Assembly (NCBI GenBank): GCA_965222905.1 | Contig: OZ244976.1 | Coordinates: 6,794,012-6,858,011 of the forward strand | From: Vicinamibacterales bacterium | GTDB lineage: Bacteria > Acidobacteriota > Vicinamibacteria > Vicinamibacterales > UBA8438 | Direction: 5' to 3' | DNA length: 64,000 bases | Made by a program: the position numbers and the translations under genes | Part shown: in pieces, positions 10,278 through 20,005 of the stretch | Layout: each line of letters starts with the position of its first letter | Numbering within the stretch: position 1 is the stretch's first letter | The notes under the pieces: model-generated | Seen by the model: the letters and a program-made list of their open reading frames with translations, nothing else | The model's database searches: none | What the model was told of the DNA's origin: nothing

Positions 10278-11120
10278 TTATTCCGCGCCGTTCGGTCTTC
10301 CGCTTGCGTTCCGGGACTTTCCCTCGGGCCTTCTTGGCCGTCTTCTCATGGCTTCCAGGATATTCTTCCACCACGTGTCGCTGTTCGCCAGGCTAGTGTC
10401 TACAAACCTGAGCACTTCGTCCATTGAAAGTTCCGCCGTTGGGCCCCCGAATTGGAGGTAGTCCGCTCTTGACTCATAGAAGGCTGCGAGCCGGACCATG
10501 TATCTGTACAGAGCCGCAGTTATTCGCAGAACGAAAAACAACAGAAGCAGCGGCCCTATCGACTCGTTCCATGCCGGGCGCGAGCCGTGGTCGAGCAGCT
10601 CTTGCAGCAACGCGACGGCGTTGGGATCCGTCAACACCGACTCCGGATCTGCGTCGCCCCGAAGCGATTCGACGAGCGACGGCAGCTGCAGGGGAAGGCT
10701 CTCATGGTATTCGGATCGGGACCAGGCCGTCATGGCGAAGACGTAGAGACCGCCCAGCGCGATTGTCGTCATTCCGAGGAACAGACCGCCTGCTGCTGCT
10801 CTGCACAATCTGCCCCGGATTCTGAAATCCCGGCTCAATGCCTCCAGTGCTTTGTTTTCCGCCCTGAGGCGGTAGCGCTCTTCTGGTACGTTGCGCACCC
10901 ACTCGGCCACGCATAGGTAGAGCGCGACCAGTGCGAGGACCGCTACCGCCGCGCCCTGGACCAGCCCAATCCAAACTTCGAGCTCCCCCGGTGCGAGCGT
11001 TTGCACCGTGGCGAAAAGCAGGGCGACGCCCACTCCCCAGCCGGCGATCAATCCGACTGCTCTGCCGGCGGCTCGCCACAGGACTTGCGCCGCCTGCGCC
11101 ACCCATTCCCTTATCCCCAT
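10278..11120 (-). CDS. Multi-pass membrane protein
   Basis: About four TM helices; C-terminal YRYMVRLAAFYESRADYL motif; lies 6 nt downstream of 11126-11650. Confidence 0.7.
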   Translation of the reverse strand: MGIREWVAQAAQVLWRAAGRAVGLIAGWGVGVALLFATVQTLAPGELEVWIGLVQGAAVAVLALVALYLCVAEWVRNVPEERYRLRAENKALEALSRDFRIRGRLCRAAAGGLFLGMTTIALGGLYVFAMTAWSRSEYHESLPLQLPSLVESLRGDADPESVLTDPNAVALLQELLDHGSRPAWNESIGPLLLLFFVLRITAALYRYMVRLAAFYESRADYLQFGGPTAELSMDEVLRFVDTSLANSDTWWKNILEAMRRRPRRPEGKSRNASGRPNGAE

Positions 11121-11125
11121 TTCGT

Positions 11126-11650
11126 CTACCGGCCCGGGTTTTCCTCGACTCGATCGAGTTGTTGCCTCAAACTGCCGATTGCCCTATGCTGGCCTCCGAG
11201 TTTCAGCCAGCCCGTCACTGTGGCGGTGTCGCTGTCTTCCCCGGTTTCTTCCCCGCCGGCGCTCTGCTCGGCCGGAACGTCCCCCTCCTCTTGCGGCTTG
11301 CCGGCAGCCTCTCTCGTGGTTCCGTCGGCGTCGTCCTTGGTCTCGACTTTCACCCAGACGAAGCGTCTCCAAACTAGTGAAGACTCCTTCACATCGCTGA
11401 CGCGCACATGTTTGCCCTCGGGGATCGTTTCTCCCGTCGGCTCGCCGTCCCTCCACAGGAAGCGCAGGACCGGCACCCTTTCCGGCTCTTCGTGGAGGAC
11501 CAGTTCCTCCCTGGCCTCGAATGTCCGGTTCAGCGCCTCGCGCCGCACCAGCTGTTCCCCGGCTGACTGAGCGAGCAGCGGTCCGCCGCTGGCTCCCGCC
11601 AGGAGCGCAAGCACCAGTACTTCGCACCGACGGAAGCGCCATCCGCGCAT
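11126..11650 (-). CDS. Secreted small beta-rich (SH3-like) protein
   Basis: GGAGG RBS; signal peptide; GETIPEGKHVRVSDVK...FVWVKVE pattern. Confidence 0.6.
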   Translation of the reverse strand: MRGWRFRRCEVLVLALLAGASGGPLLAQSAGEQLVRREALNRTFEAREELVLHEEPERVPVLRFLWRDGEPTGETIPEGKHVRVSDVKESSLVWRRFVWVKVETKDDADGTTREAAGKPQEEGDVPAEQSAGGEETGEDSDTATVTGWLKLGGQHRAIGSLRQQLDRVEENPGR

Positions 11651-11915
11651 CTTGTCCTCCCTTCCGCGAGCCCTCTTCGCGAGTGTACTCCTTCCCTCGC
11701 TGCTTTCACTACCCAGAGAGACGCAGGCAACGAGCGCCGACCATGCAAGTCCCTTCATCGTCTCCATTCCATCCTGAGCCTCATTGGGACCGGACGTTAA
11801 CGGAAACGCGTTTATCTGACCCGACGCCGTGCTCAGGCTGCCGTGCTGCGGCCCTCGGGCCAGGCGACGTCGGCTGTCTCGCCTCGCATCTTCCTTTGGT
11901 GCGGCATCGCCGAGT

Positions 11916-12105
11916 TCACCGAAGGCGATCGGGCGCCCTCTGTGCGCCCTCATGGCCCTGGTCGGCCGCCGTGCGGTACCACCGGGCGGGCTTCCAATCG
12001 ATCGCGACGCACGCCGCGACCATGCTCGTACATGGAGCCAAGGTTGCCCTGCGCGACGGGGCTTTCCTGTCCGGCGGCGCGTCGGTACCAGCGAACCGCT
12101 TCGGC
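11916..12105 (-). pseudogene. Sel1-like repeat protein remnant
   Basis: EAVRWYRRAAGQESPVAQGNLGSMYEHGRGVRRDRLEA / RWYRTAADQGHEGAQ with a 1-nt frameshift; cut by the IS end at 12106. Confidence 0.7.
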
Positions 12106-12286
12106 GGGCGCATTCCCGATTTCCCGGTCACGCGCTCACACCCACCGGCGTCATGGCCATCCGCTGCAAACAGTTCCATCTGCCGGACTTATAGAAAGAC
12201 CGCAGGAGAAGAATCGCGTCGACGCTCTCCGGTAGCCAATAGATGGATGCGCCCTTGATGCGGAGATTGATGACGCGACGGATGGC
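12106..12286 (-). mobile_element. Orphan terminal fragment (181 bp) of the ISKra4-family IS at 52562-54140
   Basis: Identical by eye to 52562-52742, including the terminal IR GGGCGCATTCCCGATTTCCCG. Confidence 0.9.
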
Positions 12287-12289
12287 ACC

Positions 12290-12580
12290 GGTGAGGCTTG
12301 CGCGGTGCTCATCGCCGGGTCGGTGGTCGTCCCCGTGCTGGCGTACGCGCCGGCGGGCGACCGGCTGCTGGCCGAGTCGCACCTTGCGCCGTATGCGGTA
12401 GTGGGCGCGGATGCGGCGGTCGCGCTCGCTCCGGCGGAGCTGACCGAGCGGTACGGGGAGCGGATGGGCACGGTACGGGCGTTCTGGCAGGAGCGTGCCG
12501 AGAGCTCGCGCGCGCTGCAGCGTCCGGGTCCGGGGCAGGCGCCGCCGCTCGACCCGCAACTGCCCCGGCTGCCGTGGTGA
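12290..12580 (+). pseudogene. Possible C-terminal remnant of a CvpA-family membrane protein
   Basis: ...LLAESHLAPYAVVGADAAVALAPAEL... resembles CvpA C-termini; no N-terminus. Confidence 0.3.
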
Positions 12581-12684
12581 TTGGATCCGCGCGGCTTGGA
12601 AGGGGACATATATTTTCCTTGACCGGAGCCCGGTGCATTTGTAGGCTTGCGCCGTTGCCTGGTTTCAAATCGGGGGTGGTACGG

Positions 12685-13352
12685 ATGAAGGGTCGTAATG
12701 GAGTGAGAACGTGGACACGGGGTCGTTCTTGGATGGGAACGAGTGGGAGTATTCCGTTTCTGCGCGTGGTTCAGGCCGTTGTTGCGTTGATCTGTTTCGG
12801 CTTGTGGGCCGGTAATGTTGTCGCGCAGCAGGGCGATGTCGCCAGTCCTGTTCTGCAAATTGGTCATGCAGTCACTGTGAGAGGTGTTCTCGATGCTTGG
12901 GAGAATTATCCGTCTGGGTTCTCCATGAGTCGTGGAGATCGTGTGGTTCAGATCCACCCTGGAGAGGTTTATGAGGTTATTGGAGTAAAGACAATCCCGT
13001 CCGTCATCTGGGGAGATAGTTAGGACAGTGATCGATATAAAGTTGTCAACTTCGTCGATGGCCCCGCGGTACACGGCGATTCCCGATGGCGCGCGTATTC
13101 AGGCCCAGTAGATCCGGGCCCATTGCTGCCGGCACCCCATCGCGCCGAGAATGAGCCGCCGACGCAAGGAGATAACCAGCTAGTTTCGGCCAGTGTCCTT
13201 ACTACGTCCGAGTGCGTCCCATGGATACTTTGGAGCATGAGTGCAATCTGGCGCCCTGTTGGGTTTATCAGGGTAGAGACAGGGTCGGGCCTCCTTGGAA
13301 TCTTGACGCTGTTACTGTAGGCGTGGCTGATCCGGTGGAGCTACCGGAATGA
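12685..13352 (+). pseudogene. Secreted SH3-like protein interrupted by a MITE
   Basis: Removing 13023-13198 and one TTA restores ...TIPSVIWGDSYYVRVRPMDTLEHECNLAPCWVYQG...ELPE*, whose TGA overlaps the next ATG (ATGA, 13349-13352). Confidence 0.8.
13023..13198 (-). mobile_element. 176-bp non-autonomous MITE with ISAzo13-family ends
   Basis: Ends GGACAGTG...CAGTGTCC; TTA target duplication (13020-22 and 13199-201); ends match those of the IS at 38264-40852. Confidence 0.9.
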
Positions 13353-13508
13353 CGCCTGAAGCTCAGGCGCCGTTGACGTTACCCCAGGCGTTTGGTGACT
13401 TTCTCTTGTTCAGTCTGTTGGGGTGTCTCGTTATGATTCTTGGCCACATTGCGGCGCAGTTGCGCCGTAGAGGGACACTCAAGAATGCGTGGAATGCGCA
13501 TTGGGTTT
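13349..13508 (+). pseudogene. N-terminal (TM) part of a gene split by the ISKra4-family element
   Basis: MTPEAQAPLTLPQAFGDFLLFSLLGCLVMILG...NAHWV ends at the IS IR at 13509. Confidence 0.55.
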
Positions 13509-13575
13509 GGGTGCGGCTCTTTTGCGTCGGCGGTCCAGAGGGGTCCAGGAGGGGCTGCGAGCGGCATGGCAAGAG

Positions 13576-15186
13576 CTACTTGACCCGGCGAAGGCGAGGT
13601 GAGGAGGGCGATGGGGGCGGCTCGCTGACCGGCGGTGCTATCCCGTCAGCGTAGCGCTGGGCGTGGTTCCGCTCGTACTCGCGCGCTTCGTGGAAGTCCC
13701 AGTACGCATCGAAGTCGCCGCTGGCCCGTAGCGCCCGCAGCTTCAGGACCGCCTCGGCGCCGACCAGCCGCCAGCGGGCTCCGGTCAACTCCATCCGGTC
13801 GCGGACCAGGTACCGGCACGCCCCTTCGATCACGCCGGTGGCGATGGGATAGCCCGCCGCGAGGTAGCGGTCGTAGTGCAGATACGGCGCGTACTTCTGC
13901 AGGTAGTCGGCGCACGTATCGACCGGCTTGCGGGTGTCGCTCGACAAGCCTGCGACGGTCGCCGCCCGCCGCATCGCCGCGGCCACCTTGCTGGACTTGC
14001 CCTCGAGAATGCTCTGCACGCGCGTCCAGGCCCAATGCGCCGCGTCGGGGCTCCCCTCGCGATGGAACACGTGCGCCGCCTTCCAGACGTACTCGACCAC
14101 GTGAATGATGTCGAGGATCACCGTCACGTCGACGCCGTAGGCGGCGGCGCCCGCTTCGACGAGGGCGAGTTGCGTCTCGGCGCCGTCGACGAGCACGACC
14201 CAGCGCTTGACGCGCTCCGGGTCGTGGCGCTCGGCTTCCAGCATCGCCTCGGCGACCACCTCGGCCGGATCGTGTTCGAGGCTCGCCCAGACCCGTTTGG
14301 CCACCGGGCGAGGACGCACCGCCGCGGTCTTGGCCCGATTCTTGGCCTTGGCCGCCGGCTGTCGGGGCATCAGGCTCTGCAGGAAATCCTCCGGGCTGCG
14401 CACCAACGGCGCGACCGCGTAGACGGCGGCCACCGTCGCCATGCGTTTGGCGTGCTTCTTCTCGCCCGGCCGCAGGCGGTTGAACGGGGAGAGCTGCTCG
14501 CGTTGCCGCCGGCGCCTCTCGGCCGCCTTGCGCGTCGCCTCGCGCAGGTCCTCGTGATGCAGCACCACGCCCTTGCCGTCGAAGGTGAGCACCACAACCG
14601 ACTCGTCAGCGACCGGCTCGCCCGCCGCCGCTCGGCGCGCCGCGTAGAAGGCGTCGAAGTCCTCAGCCGCGCGAGCGACCAACTGTTCCGCCTGACGCTT
14701 GGGCACCTGGGCCCCGCTATGGCGAGACAGCTCGAACAGCGCTTCGTCGAACGACCGCGATGCGGCCGCTTCGGCCACCCGGCGGCGCACCTCGAGCGAG
14801 TAACGCTCAGCCGGCAGGTTCAGCGACGCATCGAGCGGATGCAGACTGTCGTGACCGTGCCGCGCGTAGCCCAGGCGCTCGACCGCCACCGTCCCGAAGG
14901 TCGTCTCCAACTGCCGGTCGTGCAGCCGCCGCTCCGAACGCTCGACGCCGTCGGCCCCCTCGACCGGACCCGCCGCCTCCCCCGGGCTGCGTTGGTCGAG
15001 GTGCCCTTGCAGGAGCTTGCGCATCAACTCCTGACCACGCCGGTTCAACTCCCGTTCGATGTCGCTCTCACGCATCTGCAGGGCCTCGCGCGAAGAAAGG
15101 TAGGCTTTGGTCTCCGCGAAAGAAGCCTCCGCCGCCGCATAGGGCGCCGGGGCGGGTGGAGCGGTGCGGCGGAGAACAACTTGCAT
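13576..15186 (-). CDS. ISKra4-family DDE transposase
   Basis: LTFDGKGVV, VLVDGA, ILDIIHVVEYVW, PIATGVIEGACRYLVRDRMELTGARW motifs. Confidence 0.9.
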   Translation of the reverse strand: MQVVLRRTAPPAPAPYAAAEASFAETKAYLSSREALQMRESDIERELNRRGQELMRKLLQGHLDQRSPGEAAGPVEGADGVERSERRLHDRQLETTFGTVAVERLGYARHGHDSLHPLDASLNLPAERYSLEVRRRVAEAAASRSFDEALFELSRHSGAQVPKRQAEQLVARAAEDFDAFYAARRAAAGEPVADESVVVLTFDGKGVVLHHEDLREATRKAAERRRRQREQLSPFNRLRPGEKKHAKRMATVAAVYAVAPLVRSPEDFLQSLMPRQPAAKAKNRAKTAAVRPRPVAKRVWASLEHDPAEVVAEAMLEAERHDPERVKRWVVLVDGAETQLALVEAGAAAYGVDVTVILDIIHVVEYVWKAAHVFHREGSPDAAHWAWTRVQSILEGKSSKVAAAMRRAATVAGLSSDTRKPVDTCADYLQKYAPYLHYDRYLAAGYPIATGVIEGACRYLVRDRMELTGARWRLVGAEAVLKLRALRASGDFDAYWDFHEAREYERNHAQRYADGIAPPVSEPPPSPSSPRLRRVK

Positions 15187-15420
15187 GGCTCAACGCTCCC
15201 GTAACCCCCGTAACCGCCGCTTGTCCAGGCCGCGCGCCAGCACCGCGCTGGCCAGGTTCTTCCTCAGTACGCATCCAGGCTCCGGCTACCCGCGGCGGCT
15301 GCGGACCGCCGCAACTGGAGCCAAGTGTCACCGTGCGCCGGTCGGCTCCCATCGGATCGCGGACCCAATGCCGACAGGCCCTTCGATGAGCCGGCGACGA
15401 GCACCGCACGCCGCGTCGCC

Positions 15421-15870
15421 GCTGCCACGTGGATGATGTCGAGTACCACGGTGGCTTCCAGGGCGTACGCGGTGGTGCCCGCGAGGCGGTCGCGATGGTC
15501 ACGCGGCGGCGCATCTCGACCCAGTAGCGCTCCGGCAGCAGGTTCAGCGCGGCATCGAGCCGATGCAAGCCGTCGTGACCGCGCCGCGCGCAGCCCAGAC
15601 CCACAACCTGCATCGTGCCGGAGGCCGTTTCGGCGTGGCTTTCGTGCTCGCGCGGCTCCGAGCACTCGACACCGCTGGTGTCCTCGGCCGGACCAGCAGC
15701 CTCTTTCGGGCTGCGTTGGTCGCGATGTCCTTGCAGGAGCTTGCGCACCAACTCCTGGCCCCGCCGGTGCAGTTCCCGTTCGAGTTCGCTCTCGCTCATC
15801 TGCCGGGCTTCGCTGGACGAGAGGAAGGCTTTGGCATCCGCGAAGACAGCATCGGCCGCTGCGCACGGGG
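15421..15870 (-). pseudogene. Internally deleted, diverged paralog of the ISKra4 transposase
   Basis: FADAKAFLSSSEARQMSESELERELHRRGQELVRKLLQGH matches the N-terminus of 13576-15186, then jumps to TVVLDIIHV. Confidence 0.8.
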
Positions 15871-16401
15871 CTCGCCTCGGGGGATCGATGCAAGGGACGC
15901 CGGTTCGGGGCACGTCGAATGTACGTCCCTGGAATCCTGTCGTCACAGCCATCGCAGGCCTGCCTCCCTTCCCACGGCACCGTACCAGAACGCCGCGCGA
16001 ATGTCCAGAAGGGAGCGCGCCTGTCGGGGAGAAGACCGAAGGTGTTCGGCGCCGTGACGAGGCTCGGCTGGCTGCCGAAAAGACGCCGGTACGCGCTGGC
16101 CTGCTTGATGTCCCTCCCGAAATGGCCACTGGGGAGACGCATCCGCGGGCAAAAGAGCCCATGAATAGGGCGAAAAATCCTCTATGAAGAGCCGCACCCC
16201 GCGAATGTCCAGAAGGGAGCGCGCCTGAGGGGGACCGGCGCGTGCCGGCGTCGTGGTCGGGTCGGGCGGCGGCCCGAAAAGAGGCGGATGGGGCGCTCGC
16301 CGGACGCTGTCACCCCTCAAAACGCACTGAAGAGGGAGTGTCCTCGGACATAAACCCTTATGAATGAGCGAGATAGCAATCTATGAAAAAGAGCCGCACC
16401 C

Positions 16402-16989
16402 TTCTCTGCCTCCAATCTGAGTGTAGCTCCAGAGGCGGTATGGCGTGCGTCTCAGAAGAGGCTTTACGGCCCACGGAACGAGACGCCAGCGGAACAGGAA
16501 TCCCTGACAAGAGCTGAGCAGGACGCTTACTGGAAGATCCTGACGCGCCTGCGGCCACCGCAGTTGGCCGTCTTGCCGGAGGTGCTCGGGTACATTGGCC
16601 CGAACCTGAAGATGTTCCTGGAAAGCAGGGAACTCGACGTGGAGATCGTCCACGACGGGGAGTTCATCGTCTTTGTGGCGAACAGGGCCGTGGAGATCGA
16701 CAGCTTCGACGGTGGCTACGGGAACGTATCGCAACTGCTTCAACCCAGCGAAGAAAGACCAACGCTGACGATGATTGCAGACTTCCAGCATCGGGCGTAC
16801 GAGGGCTACGACGGTCCGTTCGTCGCCTTCTGGGGGGAGGAGCGCTTGGATAGGTTCCAGACGTCAATGTGGCGGATCTTGGCCCTGGGGGCCGTTCCTG
16901 ACGAGATGGTGTGGAACGACGGCCGTCGAGGACAACGAGACACACAGGCATCTCCGGAAGCAGAGACAGCGACAGCCCAGCGGCACTAG
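16402..16989 (+). pseudogene. C-terminal part of the gene split by the ISKra4 element
   Basis: Frame is open from the first base after the IR: FSASNLSVAPEAVWRASQKRLYG...QDAYWKILTRLRPPQLAVLPEVLGY... Confidence 0.55.
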
Positions 16990-17089
16990 GACCGCTGGCA
17001 GATGGCCCCGGCGGGCGCTCGCTATGCCGAGGACCAAGGGGCATTCGCGAGTGTGTGGCGCGCTTGGCGTGCAAGGCACACGAACGGAT

Positions 17090-17560
17090 TGGCAGAGCGA
17101 GCGAGAAAGTGCCACGTTCGGCGCCGACTACTCAAAGAGCCGGATGGTCACCGGCGTGTCGCTGTCCCACAGCCGCGGGCTCAGCAGCTACGCCGGCGTC
17201 GACACCGGCCGGATGACCTCCGCGGTCACCGGACTCTACCCCTGGATCGGTTTCCGGGCGTCCGAGCGGGTGACCGTCTGGACCGTCGCCGGCTACGGCG
17301 CCGGAGGCCTCCTGCTCAGTCCCGGGGCGGGCGTGCCGGTTCAGACCGGGCTGTCGATGGCTCTGGCCGGCGGCGGCGGCAGGGGGGAGCTGCTCGCCGG
17401 CGACAACGGCTTCGGACTCGCGTTCAAGGCCGACGCCCTATGGGTCGGAACCAGGACGGACGCTGCGAGCGGACCGACCGGGAATCTGGACGCCACCCGG
17501 GGCGGGCGTGACCCGCTTGCGCACCGCGCTCGAGGGCTCGCAGAGCATGACCGTGGCCGT
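17090..17560 (+). pseudogene. Autotransporter beta-barrel domain fragment
   Basis: TFGADY...TGVSLSHSRG...TGLYPWIG...VWTVAGYGAG...LAFKADALWV; truncated at both ends. Confidence 0.75.
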
Positions 17561-17610
17561 CTAGGGGGACCACCGCCAGCATCTCGGTAAGGGGCAGAGG
17601 CCCAGTCAGA

Positions 17611-17961
17611 TTGATTAGGAGGATCAGAATGGCTCTGTTAGCATCATCCGCGTGGATACTTGCTCATGCAACAGCAGGCGTAGAAGAGATCTATTACCGA
17701 GAGAATCCTGCGGGAAGAAGCGGACAACACGGGTCTACTCCAGCCATGACGCTGTACAGGAAGGACGTTGAAAGCCAAAGGGCATTCCCAGAAGATTGGC
17801 CGAACGCAGCGCTAAAGGAGCTGCTTACCGCAGGGTACATTATGCGGATAGACAAAGACGGGACCGACCCTCCCGAACGGTACGCCTACACAGAGGCGGG
17901 CCGCGAAGCTGCACCTGGATTTCGGGAGGCCCTTGAGGAACATCAGCGGATGCCGAGGTGA
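17611..17961 (+). CDS. Hypothetical protein (start uncertain)
   Basis: Protein-like C-terminal half (ALKELLTAGYIMR...YAYTEAG), possibly winged-helix-like. Confidence 0.4.
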   Translation: MIRRIRMALLASSAWILAHATAGVEEIYYRENPAGRSGQHGSTPAMTLYRKDVESQRAFPEDWPNAALKELLTAGYIMRIDKDGTDPPERYAYTEAGREAAPGFREALEEHQRMPR

Positions 17962-18003
17962 CAGAATCGCATCCGTAACCTTGAGCCGGGGCATAATGAC
18001 GCG

Positions 18004-18450
18004 GTGAGGGGAACCACCAGCGCCAGAAGAACGCCGCACCGGAGCGGACGGAGGCCCGAAAAGCCAACGGGGTTGAAGGCCAAGTGCCGCACGGTAACCG
18101 ACGCGATGGAACGGATCGGCACAAGGCTCCGAATCGCCGTCGCCGCGGACGGCGATGCCGAACCGTTCCTGATCCACGCGAGCTACGAGATCGACAGCCG
18201 AATGCACGTCTACCGGAAAGCCGAGACCGAAACGGCGATCACCGACGCACTCAAGCCCATCGGCGCAACCTGCCGGGAGTTCCTGGACGAGGCCGCGGAA
18301 ACCGGACGGCGTCTAGCGACCTCCCGGACACCGCTCCCCGTCGTCTGGGACGAGCCGGCACTCGTGATCGCCGGGATGGCACCCGGCACGGTAGCCCGCT
18401 GGCGAGAACGTCGGGACAACGGCAACGCCCCAGCAGGAGCGGGGCAGTGA
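18004..18450 (+). CDS. Hypothetical protein, first gene of a coupled three-gene run (start may be 18106)
   Basis: Stop overlaps the next GTG (GTGA) behind an AGGAG RBS. Confidence 0.5.
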   Translation: MRGTTSARRTPHRSGRRPEKPTGLKAKCRTVTDAMERIGTRLRIAVAADGDAEPFLIHASYEIDSRMHVYRKAETETAITDALKPIGATCREFLDEAAETGRRLATSRTPLPVVWDEPALVIAGMAPGTVARWRERRDNGNAPAGAGQ

Positions 18451-18902
18451 CCCGCGAAGGCCCACTGGGCCGGGTCAAGGGACGGTGGCTGGGCGACGAC
18501 TTGGTCGATCCGGACATCTACGCCAAAGGCGTCGACGATGGCTGGAACGACGTCGAGCTGTACCGACTGATCGTGCGGCAGCTGCAGCGCAGCTTCCACT
18601 CGGGCAGCGACGCCGATCGGCGGACGATGCTCGCCAACCGGCCTCACCTGACCGGCACGAAATGGGACGCGGCCATGGCGGCCGTCATCGAGCACACCGC
18701 CCGGCTGCACGGCTACGAACCGCCGGCGTGGGTAGACGAGCCCCAGCGGTTCCTGGACAACCCGGTAAAGCTAACTAGGTTGAAAACCGACAGCGACTCC
18801 GCTTGGCAGCCCGGCGCGTTCCTACGACACGGGGTGAGCGTCGACAGCCGAGACCTGGACTGGAGAACGGGCGATGGCCGGCACTGGACCGCTGAACTCT
18901 GA
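18447..18902 (+). CDS. Putative antitoxin partner of the downstream nucleotidyltransferase
   Basis: P.LTG..WDA..AA.IEH....G...P.W...P.RFL...QPGAFLRHGV pattern; overlaps the downstream gene by 29 nt. Confidence 0.6.
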   Translation: MTREGPLGRVKGRWLGDDLVDPDIYAKGVDDGWNDVELYRLIVRQLQRSFHSGSDADRRTMLANRPHLTGTKWDAAMAAVIEHTARLHGYEPPAWVDEPQRFLDNPVKLTRLKTDSDSAWQPGAFLRHGVSVDSRDLDWRTGDGRHWTAEL

Positions 18903-19746
18903 GAACATCACCGGACTCCTCGACGACCTCGACAAGGCGCTCCACGAGGTGGGCGAACGAGCAGAGGTCTACCTAGCGGGAGGTGCCCGGATGCTCTTCG
19001 GGTGGCGCACGGACAGACACACGAAGGACCTAGACGGCGTAATGCGCAGCGGCCAAACCATACTGATAACGACAGCGATGCGGATGAGCGAGCGCCACGG
19101 CCTCGAGCCGACGTGGTTGAACCCGGCCGTCACCTACTTCGTGCCAACGAAACCGGACCCAGACGAGACCACGCTGTACAGCGGAAAGGCGCTGACGGTC
19201 AAAGGCGCCTCCATCGAGCACATGCTGGCGATGAAGATCCGAAGTCACCGAGACATCGACCTCGACGACGCCGAGGTGCTGATCAGGCGGCTGAAGCTGA
19301 GTAGCACGCGGGAGATCCAGCGAATCGCCGACGACGCCTACGAGGGACACAGTGGGAACAACCAGACCAGGATCCAGGAAGGGCTAAAGCGAATCGCCAA
19401 AACGATGCCCGAACTGATCGTGAACCACCTCGGCAACGAACACCCAGGCCCCGCGCGGGCGGCGACGGTCCACCAAGGTAACCGCGACCCCAACGCGATA
19501 AACGCACCGACGCCGAAAGGGCGGTCTACCCAAACCCCCGGACCCGGGGAAGCTAGCGGAAAGAGCCAGAGGAGCGCCACAGGCGCTCCGGAAGAGAAGA
19601 ACAGAACACCGAGTGAACGGAAGCCGCCGCAGGCAGGAGGAGACCCAGCGGTAGGAGCACCGCCAGGGCGTCCACAGACGACCCAACGCAATGGGCCCGA
19701 CGGGCAAGAAAGGCCGAAACCGGGCAACGGCGGGTACGAGCACTAA
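18874..19746 (+). CDS. DUF6036/AbiEii-like nucleotidyltransferase (putative toxin) with a disordered C-terminal tail of about 100 aa
   Basis: VYLAGGARM...RHTKDLDG (GG..DxD), WLNPAV, MLAMKIRSHRDIDLDD motifs. Confidence 0.75.
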   Translation: MAGTGPLNSENITGLLDDLDKALHEVGERAEVYLAGGARMLFGWRTDRHTKDLDGVMRSGQTILITTAMRMSERHGLEPTWLNPAVTYFVPTKPDPDETTLYSGKALTVKGASIEHMLAMKIRSHRDIDLDDAEVLIRRLKLSSTREIQRIADDAYEGHSGNNQTRIQEGLKRIAKTMPELIVNHLGNEHPGPARAATVHQGNRDPNAINAPTPKGRSTQTPGPGEASGKSQRSATGAPEEKNRTPSERKPPQAGGDPAVGAPPGRPQTTQRNGPDGQERPKPGNGGYEH

Positions 19747-19780
19747 AGCCGCCAGCGCGCGAAAACGGAACCACCCGCCC

Positions 19781-20005
19781 TCACATCGACCGGAACCAGC
19801 GCAGAGCCTTCGCGGCCGTGTGGTGGTCGACGCCAAAGTGCTCCGCGATCCTGCTGACGCGAGCACCGCGCTCGAACATCGCAGCGCTGACCGGGCCGAT
19901 GACCTGGTAGATCGGGATCACGAAGGGGTCTGAAAAACCAACGTCGGCGAGAAGACGACCGAGGGTTCTGAATCTTTCAGTCCGCGTCCACCACCTGCTC
20001 GCCAT
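19781..20005 (-). pseudogene. Short HTH-containing remnant, probably the tail of a recombinase-associated gene
   Basis: WWTRTERFRT...PIYQ...ARVSRIAEHFGVDHHTAAKALRW. Confidence 0.4.

Larger units (their letters stand above)
13509..16401 (-). mobile_element. ISKra4-family composite element (about 2.9 kb) with an extra internal end
   Basis: IR GGGTGCGGCTCTTTT (13509-23) / AAAAGAGCCGCACCC (16387-401); second GAAGAGCCGCACCC ending at 16199; 27-bp direct repeat at 15997-16023 and 16201-16227. Confidence 0.75.
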
